Source: Mobula hypostoma (taxonomy: Eukaryota). Taken from it: DNA of 64,000 nt. The notes beneath the pieces are model-generated. The model had not been told where the DNA came from, made no database searches, and worked only from the letters and a program-made list of their open reading frames with translations. This document shows, one piece after another, positions 1 to 12,087 of this stretch. The stretch is taken from assembly GCF_963921235.1 (NCBI RefSeq), contig NC_086100.1:199332001-199396000 (forward strand). Direction: 5' to 3'. The first letter of the stretch is position 1; each line of letters opens with the position of its first letter. The translations under genes and the position numbers were made by a program.

Positions 1-140
1 CTATTTCTCTCTCCCCTCCCCCCACTTTTTAACTCTGATTCCTCATCTTTTTTTGTCCAGTCCCGCTGTAGGATCTCGGCCTGAATCGTCGATTGCATTC
101 TTCTCCATAGATGCCGCCTGGTCTGCTGAGTTCCTCCAGT

Positions 141-188
<48 letters not shown>

Positions 189-235
189 GTGGCGGCGGCT
201 TGGATTTCCAGCATCTGCAGATTTTCTCGTTTGTG
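1..235 (+). mobile_element. Penelope-derived short repeat (degenerate hammerhead motif) containing a (TG)n microsatellite at ~146-186
   Basis: Shares the body 'catagatgc.gcctgg.ctgctgagttcctccag...ggatttccagcatctgcagattttctc' with copies at ~32040, ~36820, ~42110 and ~50165. Confidence 0.65.
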
Positions 236-724
236 TAAAGTTAATCTTTCATCATTATCTTCTCTCACCCAGCAGAGGGAGCCAACCTCCCTATGTTTGC
301 TCCCAGATTTACACGGCTGAAATCGATAGATCTGTGGACTCAGCAAGAATCAGTGACTATGCCTGGGGAGTGAGGGGAACATGGGATGAGTCACTACCCC
401 TTGAATGGAACAGCCAAATTGCCTGCTACTTCTACATTCCTGGTCTTTGTCACTCAACAGGACTGTGGACAAACATCCTGGCTGGTCAGGTTCCCAACTG
501 TTTCACATCGGGGTGGGACATCACTGACCAATTAGAGTGCAGCCACAGATGAGCGAAATGACCTCCCTAGGCAACCCCAATGTGGGGAAGCATTGCGGCT
601 CTCCTTCCCATCTGAGAACATGTTAACGGGTAATCTAAGGACGGGGAGATGGTGGGGAGGAAATATTTGGGGGGGGGGGAGAGTACATTCCTCACAGGGA
701 AGTCCACACTTGGAATTCAGTTCA

Positions 725-905
725 GGGACCAAGTCATTGGGTATATTTAAAGTGGAGGTTGAATGGGGGTGGGGGACTGTGGGCGCAAAGGTTACAGGGA
801 GAAGGCAGGAGAATGTGGTTGAGAGTGAAGCTAAAATTAGCCATGATGGAGTAGACTCGATGGGCCAAAAGACCTAATTTTGCCCTTATGTCTTATGGCC
901 TTATA
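725..905 (+). mobile_element. CR1 LINE 3' end fragment
   Basis: 'gtcattgggtatatttaa...agactcgatgggcc...cttatgtcttatgg' matches the CR1 3' UTRs elsewhere in the window. Confidence 0.65.
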
Positions 906-1214
906 AATACCATAGAAGGAATAGTTCTTCCTCAGCTGTTGTGTGAGTCAAGACCTGCACTGATGTGCGTGCGGACTCTTCACTGTCCTCGGAACTGGTT
1001 CAGTCAGGGCTCTCAATCTTTTTTTATTGGAAGGGTGCACATGGACTCCAGGTTGGGAAGCCCTGGTAGAGGAATCCGGTTACATAGCTTGTCTGATATT
1101 CCACGTTGCATCAATAACAGAGGTAGATCCCAAAATATTCGCTCAACTACTCTGAAAAGAATCCTTCCCCCAGTCACCAGGAGTGCATTATTGAGGGCGA
1201 CGAGGAACTGCGAG

Positions 1215-1510
1215 GTACAGAACATATCAATGTGTTGTTCATCATCACAGCTTACCAATCAACACAATCTTCCCATCCCATATCACCATCCAGTTTCAAG
1301 ACCTGGGCCTCTGTATCCTCTGCAACTGGATCCTGGTAGACCACAGTCAGTGCGAACTCAACATTTCCTCCTCTTTGACCATCCACACAGGCACCACAAG
1401 GCTGTGTGCTTATCCCCACTTCTCTCCGCTCTATACACGCGACTATGGCTAAGCACAGGTCCAATGCCATCTTCAAATCCTCCAACCCCATCACTGTTGG
1501 CCAAAGAAAG
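1215..1510 (+). mobile_element. Rex1/Babar LINE RT fragment (degenerate)
   Basis: Frameshifted 'LCNWIL..RPQSVR...TG.PQGCVLSPLL..LYT' motif. Confidence 0.6.
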
Positions 1511-1524
1511 AAAGCCAGGATGTG

Positions 1525-2032
1525 CTGACATTGGAGAGAGATCTGACAGAGGAGGTTCACGAGAATGATTTCGGGAATGAAAGGGTTACCATATGAGGAT
1601 CGATTGATGCTCTGGGTCTGTATTGACTGGAATTCAGAAGAATGAGAGGGGATCTCATTGAAACCTATGGAATGTTGAAAGGCCTCGGTAGAGTGGATGT
1701 GGAGAGGATGTTTCCTGTGGTGGGACTGTCTAGGACCAGAGGGTACAGCCTCAGAACAGAGGGGAATCCTTTTAGAATGGAGATGAGGAGAAATTTCTTT
1801 AGCCAGAGAGTGGTGAATCTGTAGAAGTTGCTGCCACAAAAGTCTGTGGAGGCCAAGTCATTGGGTGTATTTATGGCAGGAGTTGATAGATTCATGATTG
1901 GCCAGGGCATGAAGGGATGCGGAGAGAAGGCAGGAGATTGGGGCCAAGAGGTAAATGGATCAGCCATGACGAAATGGTGGAGCAGACTCGATGGGCCAAA
2001 TGACCTAATTCAGCTCCAATATCTATGGTCTT
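1525..2032 (+). mobile_element. CR1 LINE 3' fragment
   Basis: MRGDLIETYGMLKGLGRVDVERMFP..RTRGYSL..RRNFFSQRVVNL followed by the CR1 3' UTR. Confidence 0.85.
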
Positions 2033-2034
2033 AA

Positions 2035-3230
2035 ATCACAGGAGGTGATGAGTCAGATAGGTTAGCGGGTGAGGGATGCCACAATAACAACCTCTCGCTC
2101 AGCATCAGCAAAACTAAAGAGCTGATTGCTGACTTCAGGAAGGGGAAGGAGGGTGAACATCCGCCAATCTGCAATGGAGGATCAGCGGTGGAGGTTAAGG
2201 AGGCTTGGTTTGTCACCAAACTTATACAGATGTACTGCTGAAATAACCCACAAGTTCAAGTTCATGGTCATTCAACTGTATACACGTATACCGCCAAATA
2301 AGACAATGTTCCTCGGGACGAAGGTGCACAACACAGTACATATAACTCACACAACACATAAAGTAATATTACCACATTTAACTGAAGAAATAATAAGGTG
2401 CATATACAATAGAAGTTAAGAAGTAAACAAAACACTACTGGCGCTTCATGCGCAATGAGACTGGGTGGCGGTGGGGAGTTCGATAGTCTTACGGCCTGGG
2501 GGAAGAAGCTGTTTCTCATCGTAACAATTCTTGTCCTAATGCTACGGTACCTCCTGCCTAATGGTAGAGATCAAAAAGGTGTTGGACGGATGGAAGGGAT
2601 CATTGACGGTGCTAGGACTGGTTGTATCACGGTCTGGTACAGCAATCCAAACGTGCAGGAATGCAAGAAGCTGCAGGGAGTAGTGAACATGGATCAATAC
2701 CTCACGGGCACGTCCCTCCCCACCATCGGTTGTATCTACAGCAGGCTCTGCCTCAAGAAGGGAACATCGATCATCAAAGACCCCCATCATCTAGTCCATG
2801 CCATCTTCTCAAAGACCTCCACCATCCAGCCCAGGCCATCTTCTCAAAGACCCCCACCATCCAGCCCAGGCCATCTTCTCAAAGACCCCCACCATCCAGC
2901 CCAGGCCATCTTCTCACAGCTATCATCGGGCAGGAGGTTCAGAAGCCTGAAGTCCCACACCACCAGGTTCAAGAACAGCTACTTCCCTTCAACCATTCGG
3001 TTCTTGAATCAACCAGAACAACCCTAATCACTGAAGCTTAGCAGCACTGTGACTACTGTGCACCAAAATCGACTCCGCTTTGATTTGTTATGTTGTGTTT
3101 TCTTGTAAAAATTGTGTAAATTTATGATTAAATGTTTTTCTTGTAAATGTTGTTTATCTGACGCTCTGTGTTGCTGCCTGGCTTTTCCACTGCACCTGTG
3201 TAGGTGACAATAAACTTCAGCTTGACTTTG
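2035..3230 (+). mobile_element. Rex1/Babar LINE 3' fragments, with an internal ~35-bp x4 tandem amplification at ~2776-2915
   Basis: NLSLSISKTKELIADFR; GCITVWY; IIKDPHH..SGRRFRSLKSHTTRFKNSYFPSTIRFLN. Confidence 0.75.
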
Positions 3231-4694
3231 GCTTTTCACAACTTCAGATCGGCAAGGAGCTTCACACCAAAGGAACCCAGTTACTGCAGGAATGTGGGAG
3301 GCGAGAACAGCACATCTAGATCCCACAAACGTTCTTATTTAAGCATCTGTCTGATTCTACACGTTCTAGATATCAAAGATTAAAAATAAATTTATTATCA
3401 AAGGACATATATGTCACCATATACAATACAACCCTGAGATTTATTTTCTTGAGGGCATACTCAGCAAATCTATAGGATAATAACCATAACATCCGGCTTT
3501 GGTAGAATGCAGGCTCATTCAATCGCAGCGGCTTCTATGAGGTCAGCAAAAGGTATCCTTTGTAAATGTACTTCTAACGATCACAAGACCCTGCTGGGCA
3601 TTAAGAACTTGCAGTTCTGCAGGCCCACCCCATCAGCGAGTTGCTTGTTGGTGGAGAACCTGAAGGAGCTGCACATCGTGCGTGCAAGGAGGCATACAGT
3701 GTAATAGCGAGTGACCGTCTTGCTTGCTTTTCTTGTGATCACAAGATCCTTTTGGACATTGTTCATGCGGAATGCGGGAAATTTGACTCACTGATTTATT
3801 GGCTGAGCAGGGGCGGATGGTGGGGGAGCTGTGTGGCAACGGTCACAGCGAGGACTAGGTCTCAAGCCACAGTGTTGCCTGTTTACAGCCGCCAGGAGAG
3901 AGGCATCAGAGGTGGTGTGGCACAGTGTCCAAGCTGCAGTCGGTGACCGCACCCCCCCACCCCCAAAGTGTTCACTTGGCAGAAGGCAAGCTCTATTGTG
4001 GTCGACTACAGATTTCGGCGGCACTCCCAGCTTGGGTCTGGACTTTATTTTGCATGGTTGTATCTTACTGAGAACATTATGTGCTTGCCATCTTGTACGT
4101 GCCATGTGTGCTTTGTGCTGTGTGTGACTGTTGGTACTGCGTTTTGTACCTTGGTCCCGGAGGAACACAGTCTCATTTGGCTTTATTCATATAGGGTTGA
4201 ATGATAATTAAACTGGAATTGAATAACAGAATCAATGAAAGACCGCTCAACTAGAGCGTTCAACCAGACTACACACAGTGCGAATAGACAAAGAAGAAAT
4301 AGTAATAATAATAAATAAGCAATAAATATGGAGAACATGAGATGAAGAGTCCTTGAAAGTGAGACCACTCTAACCCTCAGATCCCCTTTAAAACTCTGTC
4401 CTCTCCCGTTACGACTGTGTCCTCTTACAGAATAGTACAACACAGGAACAGGTCATGCAGTCCACAATGTTGTGCCTAAACTAACCTTTTCTGCTTGCAC
4501 ATAATCCATCTCTCTTCATTTTCATGTGTATCTGAGAGTCTTAATACCACTGTCAAATCAGCCTCCACAACTACTCTCTGACAACACATCCCACTACTCT
4601 CTGAGTGAACCACATCTCCTTTGAACTTGCACCCCTCTCACCTTAAATGCAAGTCCTTGAGTCATGGACAATTTTGACTCTGCAGCTCTCATTT

Positions 4695-5083
4695 TGGGTG
4701 GTGGGGTGGAGATATGTCTCTACCAAAGGAGGTGTAAGGCACTCTCTCCCTCCGTTAACCTGCAGGTCACCCTTGGGTGAAGTGTGGCACCTACTCAGAC
4801 ACTCCCCCATTCGATCAGGGTCACGTGGAAGCCATGGGAGCAGGTGTGAATGGTCGTGTGAGCAGCCGGTGCACATCACAAGTCCTGGTTATGCGACCAC
4901 TGATGCCAGGCAGACAATCTCTGAAGAGTATTGATAATGGCTGGGTCACCCATCTTGTAGGGACACTGCCCAGAAGAAGGCAATGGCAAGCCGCTTCTGT
5001 AGAAAAATTTGCCAAGAACAATCACGGTCATAGAAAGACTGTGATTGCCCACTTCGTACGGCACAGCACATGATGGATGATGA
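4695..5083 (+). mobile_element. RTE-derived non-autonomous (Bov-A-like) element
   Basis: 'gaagaaggcaatggcaagccgcttctgta...ttgccaagaa' motif typical of RTE/BovB-related UTRs; (TGA)n-like tail. Confidence 0.6.
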
Positions 5084-5264
5084 CAGCTCTCAGACTCCAA
5101 CATTGTAGGGACAGTACGATAAGACAGAAGCCCTTGCTCAGCTTAGGCACTGCAGTCCCAGCCCAGATTACAGCTCAATGCTACAATTGCCTAGTGGATC
5201 ACAATGTTTAAGGGAGATGGATGTTCTCTGCAGCGATCTCCCTGTGCCGAGGTAAAGAGTATTA

Positions 5265-5560
5265 TGGGGCAGCACAATACTGTAGCGGTTAGCACAACAC
5301 TATTACAGATGCAGTGCTCATCAATGTCGGTTGGATTCCCACTGCTGTCTATGAGGAAGTCTGCACATTCTCCACGCGATCACATGGGTTTCCCACCACA
5401 TTCCAAAGGCATACGGGTTATGTTTAGGGTTAGGGTTAGCGTTAGCTGGTGCTGAAAGAATGGTGACACTTGCGACCCAGACTAATCTTCACTGATTTGA
5501 CTTGACACAGATGACACAATTTACTGCGTGTTTCAATGGATATGTGACAAGTAATCTTTT
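5265..5560 (+). mobile_element. tRNA-derived V-SINE (HE1-like)
   Basis: A-box-like 'tgtagcggttagc' and V-domain-like 'gcacattctcc...atgggtttc...cacattccaaagg'; related copies at ~31390 and ~37525. Confidence 0.6.
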
Positions 5561-6276
5561 CTGTTTTATTAAGAGTTTAGAGAGTGTTGTGAGTCTCTTG
5601 CTAGCCGTAACAATAAGGTTCCTTGTAGATGGATTAGGGATCCAAATATTCAGAAACATGGCTTTAATTCAAATGTATCCAGAGGTTCCTCAACCCTGGA
5701 ATCTTGTTCCCTGTGAGACCTCGTTTTCCAGTCTGGAGGCAGGAGGCTCTGCTGTGACAGCGACGCCATTCCAATTGGTGTTGGGTTTCCAAGGCAGCTG
5801 GAGTTTCAGGCAGGTTTCCAGACTGAAGGTCAACCCTTCGATCTCATCAGCTGCCAGGAACAGCAACATTAATTACTCTATAAACAGTTAATATCACCCG
5901 ACATAAAGAAATAAACAGGGCTTATGCTGGGAGCTATTAAAACACACGCGGATGTAAGAGATGCCGCTCCTGAGCTGACATCACAGCTGCAGAATGTTTC
6001 TCTGCACTTCGATTACACTGCTGCCTCTAATTATCGAGGCTCCCAGAGGCCACCCAGCCCACCGATGATGCTCCGCTATTCTATCATGGCTGAGTTATTA
6101 TCCCTCTCAACCCCATTCACCTGCCGCTGTGCCATTACCTTTGATGCTCTGACTAATCAAGAGCCTATCTACCTCCGCTTTAAGTATACTCAATGCCTTG
6201 CCCTTCGCAACCATCTGTGGCAATCATATTTTAGGTTGCTTCTCTGTCTAATGGTCTTATGGGCTTCCCTGCACTT

Positions 6277-6630
6277 TTATATAACCATATAACAATTACA
6301 GCACTGAAACAAGCCATCTCAGCCCTTCTAGTCCGTGCCGAACGCTTATTCCCACCTAGTCCCACCGACCTGCACTCAGCCCATAACCCTCCATTCCTTT
6401 CCTGTCCATATAGCTGTCCAATTATACAGTCCTTAACTTCCTTTGTCAGCCACGGTAGCCTCGCCCCGCTGTTTGAGAACTACTTCTGCAGGACATATCT
6501 ATCCCATACATTATGAACTATTCCCAGAAACGTCAGCCATTTCTGCTCTGGCATCAGCCCCACCAGTATCCTTCTCCAAGCCACCCGGGGAATCCCCTCT
6601 CTCATGCCTCTGTAATTCCCTTTATTCCAT
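6277..6630 (-). mobile_element. CR1 fragments (3' tail joined to an ORF2 piece)
   Basis: WNKGNYRGMRE..WRRIL...PWLTKEVKDCI on the minus strand; the tail at 6277-6420 is nearly identical to 19335-19480. Confidence 0.65.
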
Positions 6631-7031
6631 TTTGAGGTTGAACAAAGAAGACAGAATTCCCATTGATCCTGCAAAGATACGAGACTACCTTCCCAATGCG
6701 AGGGTTGTAAAGAACAGCGTGCATGGTGACTAAATGCCTGTTTGGACGTCCATTACGGGTTGGTGAATGCAAGGCATTCCTGAGCACCGAGTGACTGAAA
6801 TTTCCTGGGGCTCCAAGGGGAGCGACTGATGCTTGCACCACTTCACCGATGGGAGAGGGTGCCGGCTTGCATCTCTGTGAGACATGCTGGCGACACCGAG
6901 TTATGCTGCCAGGTGGTAAGTTGATTGATGACGTTCACAGGGATTTGGAGCAAATAACTGGATCATTCTTGAAATAGCTGTATCATTGTTGAAACGGCCA
7001 GTTGGAATAGCTGAATCATTGTTAGAATGTT

Positions 7032-7636
7032 TGTTAAAGTCGAATCTGAATAAAACTTGGGAGACCAGCTTCTTATAGTTACAACACTTTATTGCACACC
7101 CTCCTGCAGGAGTTTGAGATCCAGTTGTTGAAGGGAAGGCACGCAAGTACTGCCACCATCTGACAAGTGGGCCCACTTAGTCAGGTTACAGCCGTATACT
7201 TATACATCGTAAGCCCCATACCCCCATACATTACTGTTGCAAGATGTTATTTGAACTGGTACGCCCACCAACTCTGTTGGTGCAAAACTTAATTGCTTAG
7301 TTAAGAGAGTCTGCTAGTTCAAGGCTTAACGACAGATGGATGTGCTGTCCAGTCCTTAACAGTTATTCCCTTTGCTAGGCCCTGACTTAATTACAGATGG
7401 ATACAGATTCCTGTCCTTATCGGTGAGTCCTCTTCCCCCTACTCAAACGAGGGCACAATGTACAAACCCTCAATGTCTCTCTGCAAACCAAGGAGAACTG
7501 GTAATGAGCCTGTCTTAGCTGGCTGCTGAAGGCAGAGTTTACTTCAGTTCAAAAAATTCCTATTCAGTCCCCATTATTCTTTTAGCCAGAGGTTACATAG
7601 GTTCAAAATGATTTTTTTAATATCCTCAATTCCTCA
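7032..7636 (-). repeat. ERV-A 3' LTR
   Basis: Direct repeat of 29822-30429; minus-strand TATA-like motif (~7195-7206) and AATAAA (~7088-7093). Confidence 0.95.
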
Positions 7637-7649
7637 TTCCCTCCTTTTT
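7637..7649 (-). promoter_or_regulatory. ERV-A polypurine tract
   Basis: AAAAAGGAGGGAA immediately precedes the TG of the 3' LTR. Confidence 0.9.
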
Positions 7650-7689
7650 ATCATTTCATGATAACTCTCAGGGCCCAAAGGTTACAATC

Positions 7690-8870
7690 GGATCCCACGG
7701 CTGAAGCAGCCAGTCACCAGTGGCCACAAGCATCGCAATACAAGAATGACTGCAACTACAATAATTACAATACTTTCATAATGCAATAGCATACCACCGA
7801 TATTCCTGAAGAAGCTCCCCTGTCCTGCTGCCTAACCAATGCAACCTCTATCCTACGTTATGAATCTTTTGTATTTCCTGGGTTACATGCTCAGAAAGTG
7901 ACGACATGTTACTAGATTCGTTGGGTATGTAGGTACAGCATTCTTTCCCTATAATGGTGCATGTTCCCCCTTTCTCTGCCAGAATGAAATCAAGGGCCAT
8001 CCGGTTCTGTAGGTCTGTTTGCCGGATTGCAATCACTTCAGTGGATATTTCTGTAACTTGGGCCCGTGTTTCCGTCAGGGCCCCTGCAGTATTGTTGGCC
8101 AACTCCTCAAGTGCTGCAGCCAAATTGATTATCTCTCGTGAATTCCTGGCTACTCCATAGGAGGGAAAAACGATCATCAAAAACCGCTCAGTCTCCGTTA
8201 TTCCTTTCCACTGCCTGTTCCAGTGGTGGTGGTCCTGCAGCTGGGGTACTAAATATGCTGGGCAACAGCAGCCGGTCCACCCTTTGCTGGAACTTTGCCG
8301 ATCCCATCTGCTGGCAGTTTCCCTTGGGAGTCATATATAGGCCCGATTTCCACACAGCCAGTGGGTGCCATTTACTGGTCGGGGAGGGTCTGCAGTGGTA
8401 CAGGTGGTACAGCTGCTGTTTCCCAGAAAAAAAATGCATCTTCCCCTCCCGGGAAGTTACAGTAACAGGTGGCGTTTACCGCTACGCTGTTAGGCACCCG
8501 CAGGTATGGCCAGGGTGCATGTCTCCCAATATATGAGGTTCCGTTTGGTGTGGGCCTGAGATACCATCCCTCAAAACACTGACAGCCAGTCATCTCTGAC
8601 TGGACTACAGTTCCACACCTCACTTCCCCGGGTGTTATTTGAGAAAGCCCAGGCTGAGAGTTCCTCACTTTGGTTGAGTGGGACTACTGACATTAGAATC
8701 ATAGTTTTCCCATGTTGCGGAATTTCAGCACAAACCCAGCAGGCCCCTAGTTCTACCTGTTTGGCACAGATGTAAGAGAGAGAGAGAAAGGTGTTGACGT
8801 GGGGGCCCCTGGATGCTGGGGCGAGCCCTCTCAAAGACATAAACACGAACACCACTATCAACCAATACAT
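7690..8870 (-). pseudogene. env: ERV-A env (gamma-type SU/TM), frameshifted and partly deleted
   Basis: Signal peptide MYWLIVVFVF; CWVC (CXXC) motif; TM immunosuppressive domain LQNRMALDFILAEKGG followed by CX6CC (CTIIGKECC). Confidence 0.92.
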
Positions 8871-8895
8871 TTTCCTTTAATCCGAGAGAGTCCTT

Positions 8896-10800
8896 CTACT
8901 CAGCTCCTTCAGTAACACGTTTGCAGTCTGTTTGATGTATCCACCGAGTTTGCACCTTCAGTCTCACAGCCATGGCAGTGGTCAGTAACACCTGATATGG
9001 TCCTCTCCACCAAAGTCCGAGTTTCCCTCGATCCCAGTTCTTGATCAGGACAAAATTCCCAGGTTCTAGGGTAGGATAGTCGTTCCTCTCTGCTGGGTAG
9101 TTCTCTTCCCTGTAAGCCTGTTGTACCTGCGAATATAATGCTTGGAAAATTTTGGTTAGTTGGCATATGCATTTCCCCAAGGGTATGCATATCCAATTTT
9201 TGCTGGTAGACTTTCTGGGAGCAATGGTACACAAAATCTTGGTCCCCAGGATGTCCTCATGGGCCGTCCATAAATGATTTCAGCTGGTGAAAACAATGTT
9301 TCCCCTGTGGGGTAACCCTCATGTGGAATAGGGCTAGCGGTAGGACCTTCAACCAAGTGATAGATACATAGATAGATATACTTTATTAATCCCGAGGGAA
9401 ATTTAGTTTCGTTACAGCCGCACCAACCAAGAATAGAGCGTAAATATAGCAATACAAAAAACCCCAACAATCAAACACCAAAATACAAACTATGCCAGAT
9501 GGAAAATAAGTCCAGGACCAGTCTATTGGCTCAGGGTGTCTGACCCTCCACGGGAGGAGCTGCACATTTGATGGCCACAGGCAGGAACGACCTCCCGTGC
9601 CGCCAAGTGTTGTATCTCAGTGGAATGTGGCCGAAGTCCAACAGTAAAAAGTTCAGTATCCAGTCTGCAAACACGTTCCTCGATTGTAATATACCCCGGA
9701 TTGCACCATCCGTTGTTAACCAGATCAGTAAGCACCCAACTCCTTTACGCTTACCGCTCTCAGTGCACTTCCGGTCAGGCGGAACGGTATTACCCACCGA
9801 ACTCCTCTTCTCCAAAAGTCTCTGTTGTCTCGACCCGGTCCTCTTTCCTCGGCTGTGTGATCCCCCTCTGTGTGTTTTCCTCCGGATTTCAGCAGGGGTG
9901 TCCACCGCTCTGTTCGCTAAGCCGGCCGGTCTTTGCTGGTCCATGGAATACACAATGCGACCTTGCTTCTGTCCCGCGTGTCGGGATGTAACTGTTTCCA
10001 GCGCTAAAGAAAAACCAAATAAAACTCTCTCTACCAGCATGTTAGAGAGGGTGCAGCTTCGACGTGTTACTGTGAGAAAAAAAAACGTAAATCGAAAAGT
10101 AAGAAGAAGAAAGTAAGAATAGATCGGAACAGCTGTACCAGGCTGCATGCACGACCGGCGCATGCGCACTAGAGTCCAGTCTCCGCCGTTAGTTTGGCCA
10201 ATTTACTCTTCAAAGTGCCATTGGCTCTCTCCACTATGCCAGCGGCCCATGGGTGGTGTACACAGTAGAATTTTTGCTTGATAGCTAGTTCATTACATAC
10301 CCCTTCGTTTACTTTTGCCACAAAGTGTGGGCCATTGTCAGAGCTCAGCATCTCTGGCAGGCTGTATCTGGGAATTATTTTCCGTAATAATACTTTTACA
10401 ACAGTCATAACAGTATTATTGGTAGTTGGAATAGCTTCAGTCCATCTGCTAAACACATCTATAATAACTAAGCAGTATCTATAGCAATGTACTCTAGACA
10501 ATACAATAAAATCAACTTGTAGACATGAAAAAGGTCCACCTGGCAAGGGAGTCGTACGCGGTGTTCAGGATACAGGTTACCAACCATTCCCTCCTTTCCC
10601 AGGTGTGTAGAATTATGTGTATAATCGACCAATATTGGTAAAAACCGTGTAGGAACACAAACCTGTCCTGCTGGGGTGATCCAAAAACCTAGGTCAGTGT
10701 CTTTCTGGCAGCCCACCTGGGACCACAGTTTGCGCTCCTCCTCAGAGGCGTCCCCCTGAAAAGTACGTACCTCCCGCATGTCTGGAAAACCCGCTCTGCT
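8896..10800 (-). pseudogene. pol: ERV-A integrase, interrupted by an insertion at 9361-10171
   Basis: LQVDF, IIDVFSRWTEA, SSDNGPHF, GIVERANGTLK, SPAEIIYGRP, WRGPYQVLLTT, WIH motifs. Confidence 0.93.
9361..10171 (-). mobile_element. Internally deleted (5'+3' bipartite) Rex1-type non-autonomous LINE
   Basis: 3' end (SFLPVAIK..EGQTP, 'gagccaatag.ctggtcctggacttattt') matches the Rex1 tail at 40830-40920; (TATC)n tail; 5' part is a Rex1-like leader (RIVYS..PAEIRRKTHRG); splits integrase codons GL|TWLK. Confidence 0.75.
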
Positions 10801-10839
10801 TCAGTCACGGAGGGTGGCTTGACGGGAGCCCGAGGGGAC

Positions 10840-11330
10840 TACAACTACCAAGGATTGTGTTGTACTTTATCCGCTAAAGCATTGCCTTTAGTGACCCGGT
10901 CGGACATGCGGGTATGGGCTGCACATTTAATAATAGCCATAACTCGAGGTAGCTGTAGAGCGGTGAGTAAGTTGTTTACAAAGGTGGAATTACTAATGGG
11001 GTGACCAGAGGAAGTCAGGAATCCCCAATGTTCCCAGACAGCCCCATAGAATGTACAATTCCAAATGCATAAAGGGAGTCTGTGTAAACGTTCGCACTTT
11101 TGTCTGTTGTTAGGATAGAGGCACGAGTCAGAGCAATTATCTCAGCCTTCTGGGCTGTGACTGCTGCTTCAAAAGAGACCTGCTCAACTACGTCACTGTC
11201 CGTCACTATTGCATAGCCAGAACATCGTTCCCCTGCTGGATCCACAAAAGAGCTTCCATCCTCATAAAACGTTGCCTCGGGCTTGAGGGGGTATTGCAGA
11301 ATGGATGGGAGAGTCTGTCCTTCTTTCACG
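10840..11330 (-). pseudogene. pol: ERV-A RNase H fused directly to the first residues of RT (RT core deleted)
   Basis: LPSILQYPLKPEA reads in frame into TFYEDGSSF..GYAIV..AQKAEIIALTRA..NVYTDSLYAFG. Confidence 0.88.
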
Positions 11331-11359
11331 GTGATCCGGACAGTGGGGCAGTTGGTGAT

Positions 11360-11760
11360 GTCTTACCAGATGTCCCATCTTCACCTCAAACTCCTTCCAG
11401 TATCGGAGTCGGCCTGCGGCCAAGTCTTGCCAATCTCCCTTGGTGCTGGAGGCTTGTTTCGTCAGGGTGTAGGCAAGGAACCCTAGGCTCTCCGCTTGAA
11501 CCCAGGGCAAACCCTAATGGTGGTATGGGGAACCACCAGTCTTGTCTGTTGCCAAAGGAAATCCAGAACTTTGGCCAGTAATGCACTGCCCTCTCTTCCT
11601 TTAACCTCTCCAATCACCGTGACTGGGAACTTCTGTCCCTCAAGGGGTGCTTTCCTCAGTGGCGCACCCTGTAGGGTCATAGCACAGGGTCACATGGGGG
11701 TTGACCGCTGGCAGAGGGGGTTCAAACGAAGTGGAGTCCAGATTAAGTGCCCACCACTGG
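11360..11760 (-). pseudogene. Putative 2H-phosphoesterase domain between ERV-A protease and RT
   Basis: Two HxT motifs after frameshift correction: PHVTLCYD (11688-11699) and PHTTIRV (11519-11530). Confidence 0.7.
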
Positions 11761-12087
11761 GGGGGGGGTCGGAAACTGGGGAAGCTGTCGGCTGTTCACT
11801 AGTCCCAGGGTGATACCCTTGTCTGTGCATAGAATCTCGACTTCCAACGGACAGAGCAAGTCTCTCCCTGCTAGATTACACCCCAGACTGGTGGTGACTG
11901 TAAATGAAACCTCACACTGGTTCCCCTGGAATTCCACCTGCAGTGGCTGGGTACATGAATACATACATTCTGTGCCTTCGAACCCAGACAGAGTGATTGT
12001 AACGTCCGATAGCTGGAATCCCTGTTCCGATACTATTTCCCGATTGAGAGTGGATGTGGTTGCCCCCATATCAATCATAAACTTGCA
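11760..12087 (-). pseudogene. pro: ERV-A aspartic protease (C-terminal part; N-terminal part at ~27857-27933)
   Basis: FMIDMGATTSTL (DTG-like site) and CNLAGRDLL; rejoins to ..VAGIP across the LINE insertion. Confidence 0.9.

Noticed and set aside
888..1568. 226-aa ORF
   Set aside because: Runs out of frame across Rex1 and CR1 debris; no coherent protein
5421..5446. Telomere-like TTAGGG repeats
   Set aside because: Only about three units inside a SINE body; not a convincing interstitial telomere
7690..8870. Domesticated (syncytin-like) env
   Set aside because: Multiple frameshifts and stops and an apparent internal deletion
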